DNA of 28,646 bases from Candidatus Krumholzibacteriia bacterium (GTDB lineage Bacteria; Krumholzibacteriota; Krumholzibacteriia; WVZY01): positions 1-28,646 of the forward strand of contig JBHHVD010000039.1 in assembly GCA_046754105.1 (NCBI GenBank). Direction: 5' to 3'. Below the pieces are notes generated by a model that did not search any database, was not told the origin of the DNA, and saw only the letters and a list, made by a program, of their open reading frames with translations. Made by a program: the position numbers and the translations under genes. Below, one piece after another: positions 8,613-17,429 of the stretch. Position 1 is the stretch's first letter. Every line of letters begins with the position of its first letter.

Positions 8613-11153
8613 ATGGCCAAGAAACGCAACAATAAGAAAAAGATCTTCCTAGTCCCCCACACGCACTACGACGTCGCATGGGCGATGACGAAGGAAGACT
8701 ATCTCAATATCCACAAGAAGATCCTCCGTCAGGCGCTCGACATGATCCGGCACTCGGACTTCAAGTTCCTTATCGAGCAGACGTTTTTACTGGAGGCCAT
8801 TGAGTCCCAGGACCCCGCGCTGTTCACCGATATCAAGAAGGCAATCGAAAAGGGAAAGATCGAAATCGCCGATGGTGAATACCTGATGCCCGATCCCATG
8901 ATCCCCGCGGAGGAGGTTCTCGTTCGCGAGATCCTTTTTGGAAAGCTCTACTGCGAGGCCAAGTTTGGTGTCGACGTACCCGTGGCGTGGATGTCCGACG
9001 GGTTCGGTCTCAACGGGCAGCTGCCGCAGATCTATCGCAAGGCGGGTTACAAATGGCTCGCATTTCGACGCGGATTGCCGCGCTCGATCGGTTCGCGAAC
9101 GAGCGAGTTCATGTGGGAGGGTATCGACGGTACGCAGATTCCCGCGCATTGGATGCCGATGGGATACCGCGCCGGCCTCGATTTGACGCAGTGGAAGGAA
9201 AGCCACGCCAAGCTGGCCAGGCTCGCAGCGACGAAGAATGTCCTCATGCCGTGTGGCAGTGGCGGCATGCTGATTCAGGAAGAGATTCCCGAGGCCGTCG
9301 AGCAGTGGAACCAGGGCAACCGAAAACCCGAGATGGTTCTGGCCACACCACGCGAATTTTTTGAAGCGCTCGATGAAGCGGGTGGGCCTTCCACCGTATT
9401 CAAAGGTGAACTCTACAGCGCCGACATGGAGGATATTTTCCCCGACGTCGTCTCCAGCCGCATCTCACTTAAACTGGCCATTCGTGAATGTGAGGACTGG
9501 ATCAAGTCCATTGAGAAAGCGTCGGCGCTGGCCTACGTCAAGGGCCAGCGCTATCCGCGTGGACGCCTCAACGAGGCCTGGAAGAAAATGCTCTTCCTCG
9601 GTTTTCACGACATCGTGCCGGCCTGCGGCATCGATGAGATCTACGACGAGGCGTGGCAGTACGTAAACGACATCAAGAAGCTTGCGTCTGATTTTTACGG
9701 CACCTCCCTGGAAACCCTCCTGCCGGATCATGAACACGGCGTCGGCGTGATGGTGTTCAACCCCCACAGCTGGAAGGTCACCGACTGGGTCGAGCTAGAG
9801 CTGCGGCTCGGTACCGGCTGGAGCAAGGAACCTGGCGTTTTTGCCAACGGTAAAGAGGTCGTGAGCGAGGCCCGTGACATCGAACGCTGGGACGATGACA
9901 GCATCCAGCGCGCAAAGCTCGGATTTGTCGCAACCGTGCCCCCCATGGGTTATCGGGTGTATGAGGTTCGCCCGAAGTCCCGGGAGTTCCGCAGCAAAAA
10001 GATCAAGGTCAAGGAAGACCACGTATCCACCAAATTCTTCGATCTTCGTGTCGATCGCAAAACCGGCATTCTCACGGTCTTCGACAAAGAGGGTACGGAG
10101 ATATTGAAAGGCAACGAGGTCGTCATCGACGCCGAAGTCGGAGACCTCTACTTTCACAAGAGCTACCTCAAGCAGTCGATTGGCTCCGAAAGTGGTGAGG
10201 GCATCAAATTCGGCATCTTCAAGCCCGAGGAGCTCAAGATCGAAAAGGGGCCGTTGCGCACGATCATTACGTTCAGGGACTCGTTCTACTGCCTGCGATG
10301 GCCGTATTACATCACCGACAAATTCGAACCGCTGCTCTACCGTCAGAAGACCATCGACGTGGTGAAGCGTGTCGTCGTCTACAACGACACGCCACGTATC
10401 GACTTCTTCACGGAGGTGGATTCGCAGCAGTCCCACATTCGTGTGCGGCTCAGATTCGACACCTGTATGGCGGCACCCGCCTACACTCGAGAAACGCAGT
10501 TCGGCGCCGTCGAACTCCCCGCGGCACGGACGCTCGAGGAGGGTGTCAAGATGCCGTCCTTGACCTGGCTGGCCGCCGAAGAAGCGGAGCGTGGGCTAGC
10601 GTTCTTGTCCAAGGGCGTACCGATCAATGAAGTCCGGGGCGGCGAGATCTTCTGCACCTTGCTGCGAAGCGTATCGGTTCTATCCGCCGATGGGGTGAGC
10701 GGCCCGTTGATCCCGACGCCGGGCGCGATGGAGTTGGGCAAGCACTCCTACCAGTATTCCGTCTTTCCGTACAAGGGCAGCTGGAGAACCGCCAAGATCC
10801 CGCGGGAAGCCAACTGCTTCGGCGAGGGCATCGTTGCCTTCCAGGTCGACCGCCTGCCCACGCCTCGCGAGTACGAGACGTTTTGTCTCGAGCCGGACAA
10901 CCTGATTGTCACCGCCCTAAAGAAGGCGGAAAAGGACGAGTCTGTGATCCTGCGGTTCTTCGAGACCAACGGCGAGCCCTGCCGGGCCAGGCTGAAGCTG
11001 CCCCGGCAGATTCGGGCAGCCGTATTGGCCGACTTGTTGGAGCGCGAGGTCGAGGCGGACAATCGCATTGATTTTCGAGGGTCCCACCTCGAACTCGACG
11101 TCCACCCATTTGAAATCGTGACGCTCAAGCTCCTTTTGTGGCAAGAAGCCTAG
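8613..11153 (+). CDS. Glycoside hydrolase family 38 alpha-mannosidase
   Basis: Zn-binding PHTHYDVAW, nucleophile W.SDGFG..GQLPQI, F.WEGIDGT, FHDIVP, TLLRSV and C-terminal LRFFE...PFEIVTL. Confidence 0.92.
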   Translation: MAKKRNNKKKIFLVPHTHYDVAWAMTKEDYLNIHKKILRQALDMIRHSDFKFLIEQTFLLEAIESQDPALFTDIKKAIEKGKIEIADGEYLMPDPMIPAEEVLVREILFGKLYCEAKFGVDVPVAWMSDGFGLNGQLPQIYRKAGYKWLAFRRGLPRSIGSRTSEFMWEGIDGTQIPAHWMPMGYRAGLDLTQWKESHAKLARLAATKNVLMPCGSGGMLIQEEIPEAVEQWNQGNRKPEMVLATPREFFEALDEAGGPSTVFKGELYSADMEDIFPDVVSSRISLKLAIRECEDWIKSIEKASALAYVKGQRYPRGRLNEAWKKMLFLGFHDIVPACGIDEIYDEAWQYVNDIKKLASDFYGTSLETLLPDHEHGVGVMVFNPHSWKVTDWVELELRLGTGWSKEPGVFANGKEVVSEARDIERWDDDSIQRAKLGFVATVPPMGYRVYEVRPKSREFRSKKIKVKEDHVSTKFFDLRVDRKTGILTVFDKEGTEILKGNEVVIDAEVGDLYFHKSYLKQSIGSESGEGIKFGIFKPEELKIEKGPLRTIITFRDSFYCLRWPYYITDKFEPLLYRQKTIDVVKRVVVYNDTPRIDFFTEVDSQQSHIRVRLRFDTCMAAPAYTRETQFGAVELPAARTLEEGVKMPSLTWLAAEEAERGLAFLSKGVPINEVRGGEIFCTLLRSVSVLSADGVSGPLIPTPGAMELGKHSYQYSVFPYKGSWRTAKIPREANCFGEGIVAFQVDRLPTPREYETFCLEPDNLIVTALKKAEKDESVILRFFETNGEPCRARLKLPRQIRAAVLADLLEREVEADNRIDFRGSHLELDVHPFEIVTLKLLLWQEA

Positions 11154-11159
11154 CCTGGC

Positions 11160-11179
11160 GGCTGCACGACTCGTCAGCC
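11160..11179. terminator. Hairpin between convergent GH38 and glycerate kinase genes
   Basis: GGCTG-cacgactcgt-CAGCC; no strong U-tract. Confidence 0.3.
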
Positions 11180-11192
11180 TGGTTCTGCAAAC

Positions 11193-12500
11193 TCACGGCC
11201 ACGACACCAGCACTCGAATATCCCTCACATTGTTCTGCGTCGGGCCGCACGTGATATCGTCATCCAGAAGCTTGAAAAACGTGTGTGAGTCCGAGCGTGC
11301 CAGGCAATCGGCCGGATCCATACGCAGCGACCGTGCACGCTCGAGTGTCGTGCCATCCGCAACGGCACCCGCGGCGGGCGAATTGCCGTCGATGCCGTCC
11401 GTCCCGGCGCTGAGGACGGCAATCCGTTCACCGGCAATGCGACGCACGCACTCCAGAACAAACGCCTGATTACGCCCGCCCACACCGTCGCCCCGCACGG
11501 GCGACGACAGTTCCCCGCCGGAGATCACACACACCGGTTTGCCGCGTTCGGCATCCTGCAGGCAACGCAAGCGATCGAGGAGACGCGACGCGGCGACGCC
11601 GACGTCCATGTCATCTACCGACGTGTCGACGGTCGTTTGCCAACCCTGCTTCTCGGTGAAACGCCCGGCCGCATCGATCGCGTGACGGTTAGCAAGGACG
11701 CAGATCCACTTCGATGCGGCAAAACAGCGATCGCCGGGTTTCGGCGTTTCGGGGAGAGTGGGATTGTGTAGCAGGGACCTCACGCTGTCGGGCAGCTGTG
11801 TTTCGAGGTTGTGCCTGGCGATGATTCGGCGCAGATCGTCCAGGGTGGAGTCATCGGGCATCGTGGGACCCGATGCGACGCTCGAGTCTTGCCCCTCGGG
11901 CACGTCAGAAACGTAAAGCGTGAGCTGTCCAGCCGGAAAGGCTGCCGCCGCCAGGCGACCCCCTTTTACGGCCGAGAGGTGCTTGCGAACGACATTGATC
12001 TCAACGATGCCCGCACCGCAGGTGACGAGCGCGTCGTTTAAGTGCTGCAGATCACGCAGGCTGATTGTGGGGTCAACGGGTGCCTCGAGCAGCGCGGACC
12101 CGCCGCCCGAAATCAGAAACACCACGACATGGTCCTCGGTCGCCGTTCGCGCAATATTTAGCGCCATTTCTCCCGCGCGCACGCTCGCGTCGTTCGGGAC
12201 AGGGTGTCCCCCGCGGAAGCAGCGAATCCCCGGCCAGCTATACCCTTGGCAGTCCGGCGCGGACACCACACCGTCGACAACCTGGAAGTCCCTGGCGTCG
12301 AGAAACCACTCCGCCATGGGGACTGCGGCCTTTCCAAAAGTGATGAGGTGTGTCGGCTTTTGTGCCTCGTCCGCACGGCCACGAAGGGAGCCATCGACCT
12401 GCGTCCGAACCGCCTCTGATGCGTGTCGAATATCGAGTGCTCGTAAGATATTTGTGAAGAGCATGCGGAGAGTAGGTCTGGCATCGTGGTGATCAGGCAA
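11193..12500 (-). CDS. Glycerate 2-kinase (MOFRL / DUF4147 family)
   Basis: GKAA..MA, GGHPVP, LISGGGSAL, RKHLSAVKGGRLA, SDV....VASGPT, SGGE, GGRNQ, GTDGIDGNS and GPTQNNVRD; the TTG start is uncertain. Confidence 0.92.
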   Translation of the reverse strand: MPDHHDARPTLRMLFTNILRALDIRHASEAVRTQVDGSLRGRADEAQKPTHLITFGKAAVPMAEWFLDARDFQVVDGVVSAPDCQGYSWPGIRCFRGGHPVPNDASVRAGEMALNIARTATEDHVVVFLISGGGSALLEAPVDPTISLRDLQHLNDALVTCGAGIVEINVVRKHLSAVKGGRLAAAAFPAGQLTLYVSDVPEGQDSSVASGPTMPDDSTLDDLRRIIARHNLETQLPDSVRSLLHNPTLPETPKPGDRCFAASKWICVLANRHAIDAAGRFTEKQGWQTTVDTSVDDMDVGVAASRLLDRLRCLQDAERGKPVCVISGGELSSPVRGDGVGGRNQAFVLECVRRIAGERIAVLSAGTDGIDGNSPAAGAVADGTTLERARSLRMDPADCLARSDSHTFFKLLDDDITCGPTQNNVRDIRVLVSWP

Positions 12501-12584
12501 TTGTGCCTCGCGTCGGCGTTATCTTCCCAATGGTGACGAGTTGGAAGGATCAGAAAGGACGCGGATCCTCTTTTCCCTGCCGTC

Positions 12585-12614
12585 AATATACCGAAGATAC
12601 TCGCGGAGCGTCAA
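12585..12614 (-). promoter_or_regulatory. Sigma70-type promoter for the glycerate kinase
   Basis: Minus strand TTGACG (12614-12609), 18-nt spacer, TATATT (12590-12585). Confidence 0.55.
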
Positions 12615-12804
12615 AGCCGTTCACCTCTCGCGGTGATGCGTGTGAGCGCTGCGGCCACCGACACCAAACAAGGCCGCGGGTATCGCGTTTGGTAAGTCCG
12701 CCTATCGATCTGGAAGGCGAGAACGGGGCTTTCTCAACTCTTCGCGGAAAGGAAAGCGACCAGGCACACTAGCACACTCACCGATTGCTTTCGAGACGCT
12801 TTTT

Positions 12805-12919
12805 CACGCCTACGAGGCCGCCGTGCAGCACCCAATGTGTAACGAATCCGCCCGCGAGCAGGATCCCCGCTCGTGACGGCCATTATCAGCCGTCCGTACC
12901 TCTCCCACAGCGGGCCTTG
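12805..12919 (-). pseudogene. Frameshifted fragment resembling the first membrane segment of a CadA/ZntA-type P1B ATPase
   Basis: QGPLWERYGRLIMAVTSG, then a +1 shift in the GGGG run at 12868-12865, then ILLAGGFVTHWVLHGGLVGV; directly downstream of the czc operon. Confidence 0.45.
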
Positions 12920-12973
12920 TTCGCCCTGTCGTACTCCACGCTCATCCGGATCAGCGAGCAACGACGGCTGGCG

Positions 12974-13312
12974 TCATATCGCGCCGGCGCCGCGCTCTCC
13001 CGTTCTGATCTTGAGAACATCGTCTACGGCGTAGATGAAGATCTTTCCGTCGCCGATGTTCCCGGTTCTCGCGGTGCTGGCGATTGTCTCCACCACCGGC
13101 TCGACCATCTCGTCCGGCACAACGATCTCGAGTTTCGTTTTGCCGGCCAATGTGTGTCCGGCCTCGATCACATCCCCCTTTTCTCTTCCCTGTATCTTTC
13201 CCCATCCAGCGACTTGCGAAACGGTCAGACCCGGCAGACCCTCGATTGCCTCGAGCGCCTCGCAAACGGCCTCGAGCCGAAACGGTTGTACGATCGCTTT
13301 GATCTCCTTCAT
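12974..13312 (-). CDS. PII-family signal transducer (czcA-associated, T-loop lacks Tyr)
   Basis: MKEIKAIVQPFRL, G.TV..V.GWG, KTKLEIVV, ARTGNIGDGKIF and IRTGERG; GGAGG RBS. Confidence 0.92.
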   Translation of the reverse strand: MKEIKAIVQPFRLEAVCEALEAIEGLPGLTVSQVAGWGKIQGREKGDVIEAGHTLAGKTKLEIVVPDEMVEPVVETIASTARTGNIGDGKIFIYAVDDVLKIRTGERGAGAI

Positions 13313-13323
13313 ACATGAACCTC

Positions 13324-16300
13324 CTAGAGTTCGACGTCACCGCGCTTGATGGCAAACCACTTGTAGATCGCCGGGATGACCAAAAGTGTCAGGGCCGTCG
13401 ACGTTACGAGCCCGGCCGTTACCACGGTTGCCAGCGGCCGCTGGACCTCGCTGCCGATACCGGTTGCAAAGAGCAGCGGGATCATGCCGAGGGCCGCTGC
13501 AGACGCTGTCATGAGTACCGGACGCAACCTGAGGCACGCGGCCCGGACCGATGCCTCGTCAATAGGCAGCCCTTCACGGACGAGTTGGTTCAGGTAGGTT
13601 ACGAGCACAATGCCGTTCAGGAGCGCAATACCAAAGAGAGCGATGAATCCCACGGACGCCGGCACCGAGAGGTTCTGGCCTGTCGCCCAGAGCCCCACCA
13701 CTCCCCCGACGAGCGCCAGCGGAATGTTGAGAAAGATGAGCAACGTGTTCTTCAGTGACTTGAAACTCGAGAACAGGAAGAAGAAAATGATCATGAGCGT
13801 GATCGGGATGACGACCGCAAGCCGCCGGTTGGCCTCCTGCTGCAGCCTGAACTGGCCACCCCACGTGACCAGGTATCCGGCAGGCAGCTCCACCCTGATC
13901 GCCATGGCTTCCTTCCCTTCCGCAACGAACGTGCCGATGTCGCGGCCGGTGACGTTGCACTGGATCGTGATGAATCGCTGGTTGTTCTCGCGAGTGATCT
14001 GCCGCGGACCGGTCAGTTCCTCTATCGATGCGAGCTCGTGCAACGGGAGATTGGCGCCCTCCGGTGTCTTGACGAGCAGATTCTCGATTGCCCCGGCGTC
14101 ACTTCGATACTCGGGATCGAAGCGCGCGAGGATGTCAAAACGCCGGATCCCTTCGAAGACCTGGCTCGCCACCTCGCCGCCGACCGCCGCGCGCACGACT
14201 TCCTGCACGTCTGAGACGTTTATGCCGTACCGCGCAATCGCGTGTCGATCCACCTGAATAAGAAGCTGTGGTGTTCCGCTGACCTGGTCGACCTGGACGT
14301 CGGTCGCCCCAGGTATGCCGCCTATGAGAGCTGCTATCTCGTCTGCCTTACGCTTCAAGATGCCGAGATCGTCGCCGAATAGTTTGATCGCGAGTTCCGC
14401 GCGGATGCCCTCGAGAAGCTCGTCGACGGTCATCCGGATGGGCTGTGTGAAGTTCGTCAACACGCCGGGGACATCTCCCAGATCCTCCCGGATGACCCTC
14501 TGGAGTCCTTCTTGCGATCGGACCCGCCACTCGTCTCTTGGCTTGAGCAGGATATACATCTCCGCGCTGTTGACCGGATCGGTGTGCGCGCCCACCTCAC
14601 CCCGCCCGATTCGCGAGACGACGCCGGTAATCTCAGGGATCTCCATCAATCGGCGTTCTACGAGCAGGGTCGTTTTCGTGCTTTCCTTGAGAGAAATCGA
14701 CGGCGCCATGGTCAGACGAAGCACCATCGTCCCCTCCTGCAGCTCGGGCGTAAACTCGGAACCCAGTTGCGGGAACACCACGATCCCAATAAGAACCATG
14801 AGCAGGGCGAACGCAACGGCCAGAAAGCGTCTCCGAACGAAGAACGTGACCACCGGCCTGTAAATTCGGAGGAGGGCCCGCAGCACCCAGATCTCGCGGT
14901 GGCCCTCACTCCGCATCCTGGGCCTTCGCATGAGGAGCGAAGACAACACCGGCGCCAGAAAAATGCCAAAGATCAGCGAACCGGTCATACCGAGGGCCAC
15001 CGTGTATGCAAGCGGGCGGAACGTCTTGCCCTCGACCCCCTGAAGCGTGAACAGGGGAATGAACACGATGATGATGATCACGATCGCAAACGTAATCGGA
15101 CGGATGACCTCTCCGCAGGCGCGGGCCACCACACGAACCACGGACTCGGTATTCCTGGGATCTCGCAGCATGCGATCGACGTTCTCGACAATCACGACAC
15201 TGCCATCGACCATCATGCCGATCGCGATCGCAAGCCCGCCGAACGACATGAGGTTGGCGGAGATTCCGAGGTACTTCATCCCCAGCATGGCAAAAAGCAC
15301 GGAGAACGGGATGGCGATCGCCACCACGAGACTCGGCCGGATTCCTCCCAGAAAGATGAGCAGGATGAGAATCACGAGAACGATCCCCTCGAGAAGGGCG
15401 TGGCTCACCGTTTCGATACATGCTTCAACGAGTGTTTTCTGCTCGTAGTACGGAACGATCTTGATGCCTTCGGGTAGGATGGCATTGATCTCTTCCATTT
15501 TTTCTTCAACGCTCGCGATCACCGTCGATGAATTCGTCCCGAAGAGTTTCACCACCATTCCCGCGATAACTTCGCCCGCACCGTTGTGCGTCTGAACCCC
15601 GCGCCGAATGGCACCGCCCACCTGCACATCTGCCAGCTGTTTCAAGTATACGGGCGTTCCATCTTCGGTTTTGATGATGATATTTTCGAGATCTTCGATC
15701 GTCGACGCGAGGCCGACCGAACGAACGATGTACTCCTCAGCGTTCTTCTCGATGAACTGGGCGCCGACATTCAGGTTGTTCGCGCGGATGGTTTCAATCA
15801 GCTCGTTGATCGTTACCTCGTATTGGAGCAAGGCATTGGGATTGACGACGACGTGAAACTGTTTCTCGTACCCCCCGATGCCGAGCACCTCGGTGACACC
15901 GGGCACCGTCTGCAGGTGGAATTTGATCAGCCAGTCCTGAATGGTCCGGAGCTCCTCGAGGGTGTACCTCCCGGTCTCATCCTCCAGGTAGTAGAATAGA
16001 ATGAGCCCCATACCCGTTGATATGGGCCCCATGATCGGCTCGCCGAAGCCCTCGGGGATCTGCTCCCGCGCCTCCTGAAGCCGCTCGTTTACAAGCTGTC
16101 GGGCAAAATAGATATTCGTTCCGTCCTCGAAGTACACGTTGACGACGGAGAGCCCGAAGTTCGACACCGAGCGGATCTTTCTGACCGCGGGCAGTCCGTT
16201 CATCGAAACCTCGACGGGATACGTTACGTACTTCTCCACCTCCTCCGGCGCCAGCCCTTCGGTTTCTGTGAATACCTGAACCAGGACGGGCGCCACATCC

Positions 16301-16416
16301 GGAAACGCATCGACCGGCAGCTGGCGGTAGCTCAGGTAGCCCGCAAGGATGACGATGACGCCCACGACAAGTACCAGTAGGCGGTTGGCGAGGACGAAGT
16401 TGATGAGTTTCTGCAT
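13324..16416 (-). CDS. czcA: CzcA/CusA-family heavy-metal RND permease
   Basis: LPVDAFPDV, GLAPEEVE..VTYPVE, ANLMSFGGLAIAIGMMVDG, GVEGKTFRPLA, RLRPVLMTA and GSEVQRPLATVV; 1030 aa. Confidence 0.95.
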   Translation of the reverse strand: MQKLINFVLANRLLVLVVGVIVILAGYLSYRQLPVDAFPDVAPVLVQVFTETEGLAPEEVEKYVTYPVEVSMNGLPAVRKIRSVSNFGLSVVNVYFEDGTNIYFARQLVNERLQEAREQIPEGFGEPIMGPISTGMGLILFYYLEDETGRYTLEELRTIQDWLIKFHLQTVPGVTEVLGIGGYEKQFHVVVNPNALLQYEVTINELIETIRANNLNVGAQFIEKNAEEYIVRSVGLASTIEDLENIIIKTEDGTPVYLKQLADVQVGGAIRRGVQTHNGAGEVIAGMVVKLFGTNSSTVIASVEEKMEEINAILPEGIKIVPYYEQKTLVEACIETVSHALLEGIVLVILILLIFLGGIRPSLVVAIAIPFSVLFAMLGMKYLGISANLMSFGGLAIAIGMMVDGSVVIVENVDRMLRDPRNTESVVRVVARACGEVIRPITFAIVIIIIVFIPLFTLQGVEGKTFRPLAYTVALGMTGSLIFGIFLAPVLSSLLMRRPRMRSEGHREIWVLRALLRIYRPVVTFFVRRRFLAVAFALLMVLIGIVVFPQLGSEFTPELQEGTMVLRLTMAPSISLKESTKTTLLVERRLMEIPEITGVVSRIGRGEVGAHTDPVNSAEMYILLKPRDEWRVRSQEGLQRVIREDLGDVPGVLTNFTQPIRMTVDELLEGIRAELAIKLFGDDLGILKRKADEIAALIGGIPGATDVQVDQVSGTPQLLIQVDRHAIARYGINVSDVQEVVRAAVGGEVASQVFEGIRRFDILARFDPEYRSDAGAIENLLVKTPEGANLPLHELASIEELTGPRQITRENNQRFITIQCNVTGRDIGTFVAEGKEAMAIRVELPAGYLVTWGGQFRLQQEANRRLAVVIPITLMIIFFFLFSSFKSLKNTLLIFLNIPLALVGGVVGLWATGQNLSVPASVGFIALFGIALLNGIVLVTYLNQLVREGLPIDEASVRAACLRLRPVLMTASAAALGMIPLLFATGIGSEVQRPLATVVTAGLVTSTALTLLVIPAIYKWFAIKRGDVEL

Positions 16417-16434
16417 AACCAGCCTTCCTCCTCG

Positions 16435-17415
16435 TTAGTGTCCGTGTCCGTCGCCGAAGGCACTCTTTGAAAGCTCGGCTTTCAGCGTGAAACCACCGAC
16501 GGTGATGTAGCGCTGCCCCGCCGTGAGGCCCGACACGATCTCGACATGGGTGTCGTTACGGCGGCCGAGCTGTACGGCTTGGGGCGCAAAGCCCTCTTCC
16601 GTTTCGATGAAGACACACGTCTCGTCCTCGATCGTCTGCAGCGCCGTCTTCGGAGCGAGCAGTGGAACTGTTTCCTCGGAAACGAGGATCCTTCCGGTGA
16701 CGAAAAGACCCGGGCGCCAGATTCGCTTCTCGTTCGAGAGCACCACCCGCGCGAGACCGGTGCGCGTGTGCTCGTCGACGACCGGCCCGACATAGGAAAT
16801 CCTTGCAGCGACGTCCGGAGTATCGTGCCCCCCCGAAATGACGACCGCTTGCCCCACCCGAACGTCCGGGATATCCTCCTGATACACGCTCAGATTGACC
16901 CACACCGTGCTCAGGTCGGCGACAACGTAGGCCTCATCGTCCTCACCCAGTACTTCACCCAGCGTGATGTGTTTCTCGATCACAATTCCGTCAGTGAGGG
17001 ATTTCACCTGGTACTCGACCAGACTCTCGTTGCTCTCGATGATTGCCAACACCTCACCCTTCTTGACAGGATCGCCCAATTGTTTTCGCACTTCGGTCAC
17101 AATACCTGGAAATCTTGGCACGACATGAGCCACGTGATCCTGATTGGCGATGATCTCACCGGGAAGCGTCGTGTACATGTGGAGCTTACCGCCATCCGCC
17201 GTTCCGACCTCAATACCGAACTCGTTCATCTCCGCCGCCGTCACTCGCACATGGGCTTCTTCTCGGTGTTCATCATGTCCTTCCTCTTCGGCGTGATGGT
17301 CGTCCACCTGCGGGGGTTGGTCCTTCGACGGTCCGAGCACCCGGTACGCCACAGCCGCACCAGCGACCGCTGCAGCAACAATCGCGACGCCCGCGATGAT
17401 CCTTTTTCCTTTCAT
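16435..17415 (-). CDS. czcB: CzcB-type membrane fusion protein (326 aa)
   Basis: Start MKGKRIIAG after a GGAAGGAG RBS; N-terminal anchor, His-rich linker, lipoyl-like LGDPVKKGEVLA, ADLSTVWV, VDEHTRT and C-terminal GHGH. Confidence 0.9.
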   Translation of the reverse strand: MKGKRIIAGVAIVAAAVAGAAVAYRVLGPSKDQPPQVDDHHAEEEGHDEHREEAHVRVTAAEMNEFGIEVGTADGGKLHMYTTLPGEIIANQDHVAHVVPRFPGIVTEVRKQLGDPVKKGEVLAIIESNESLVEYQVKSLTDGIVIEKHITLGEVLGEDDEAYVVADLSTVWVNLSVYQEDIPDVRVGQAVVISGGHDTPDVAARISYVGPVVDEHTRTGLARVVLSNEKRIWRPGLFVTGRILVSEETVPLLAPKTALQTIEDETCVFIETEEGFAPQAVQLGRRNDTHVEIVSGLTAGQRYITVGGFTLKAELSKSAFGDGHGH

Positions 17416-17429
17416 GAACGTACTCCTTC

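Noticed and set aside
12503..12772. 89-aa plus-strand ORF between the glycerate kinase and the czc operon
   Set aside because: It overlaps the kinase promoter and has no RBS or recognisable motif.
12974..13312. glnB/glnK nitrogen regulator
   Set aside because: No T-loop Tyr, no amtB or glnA nearby, and it is coupled to czcA.
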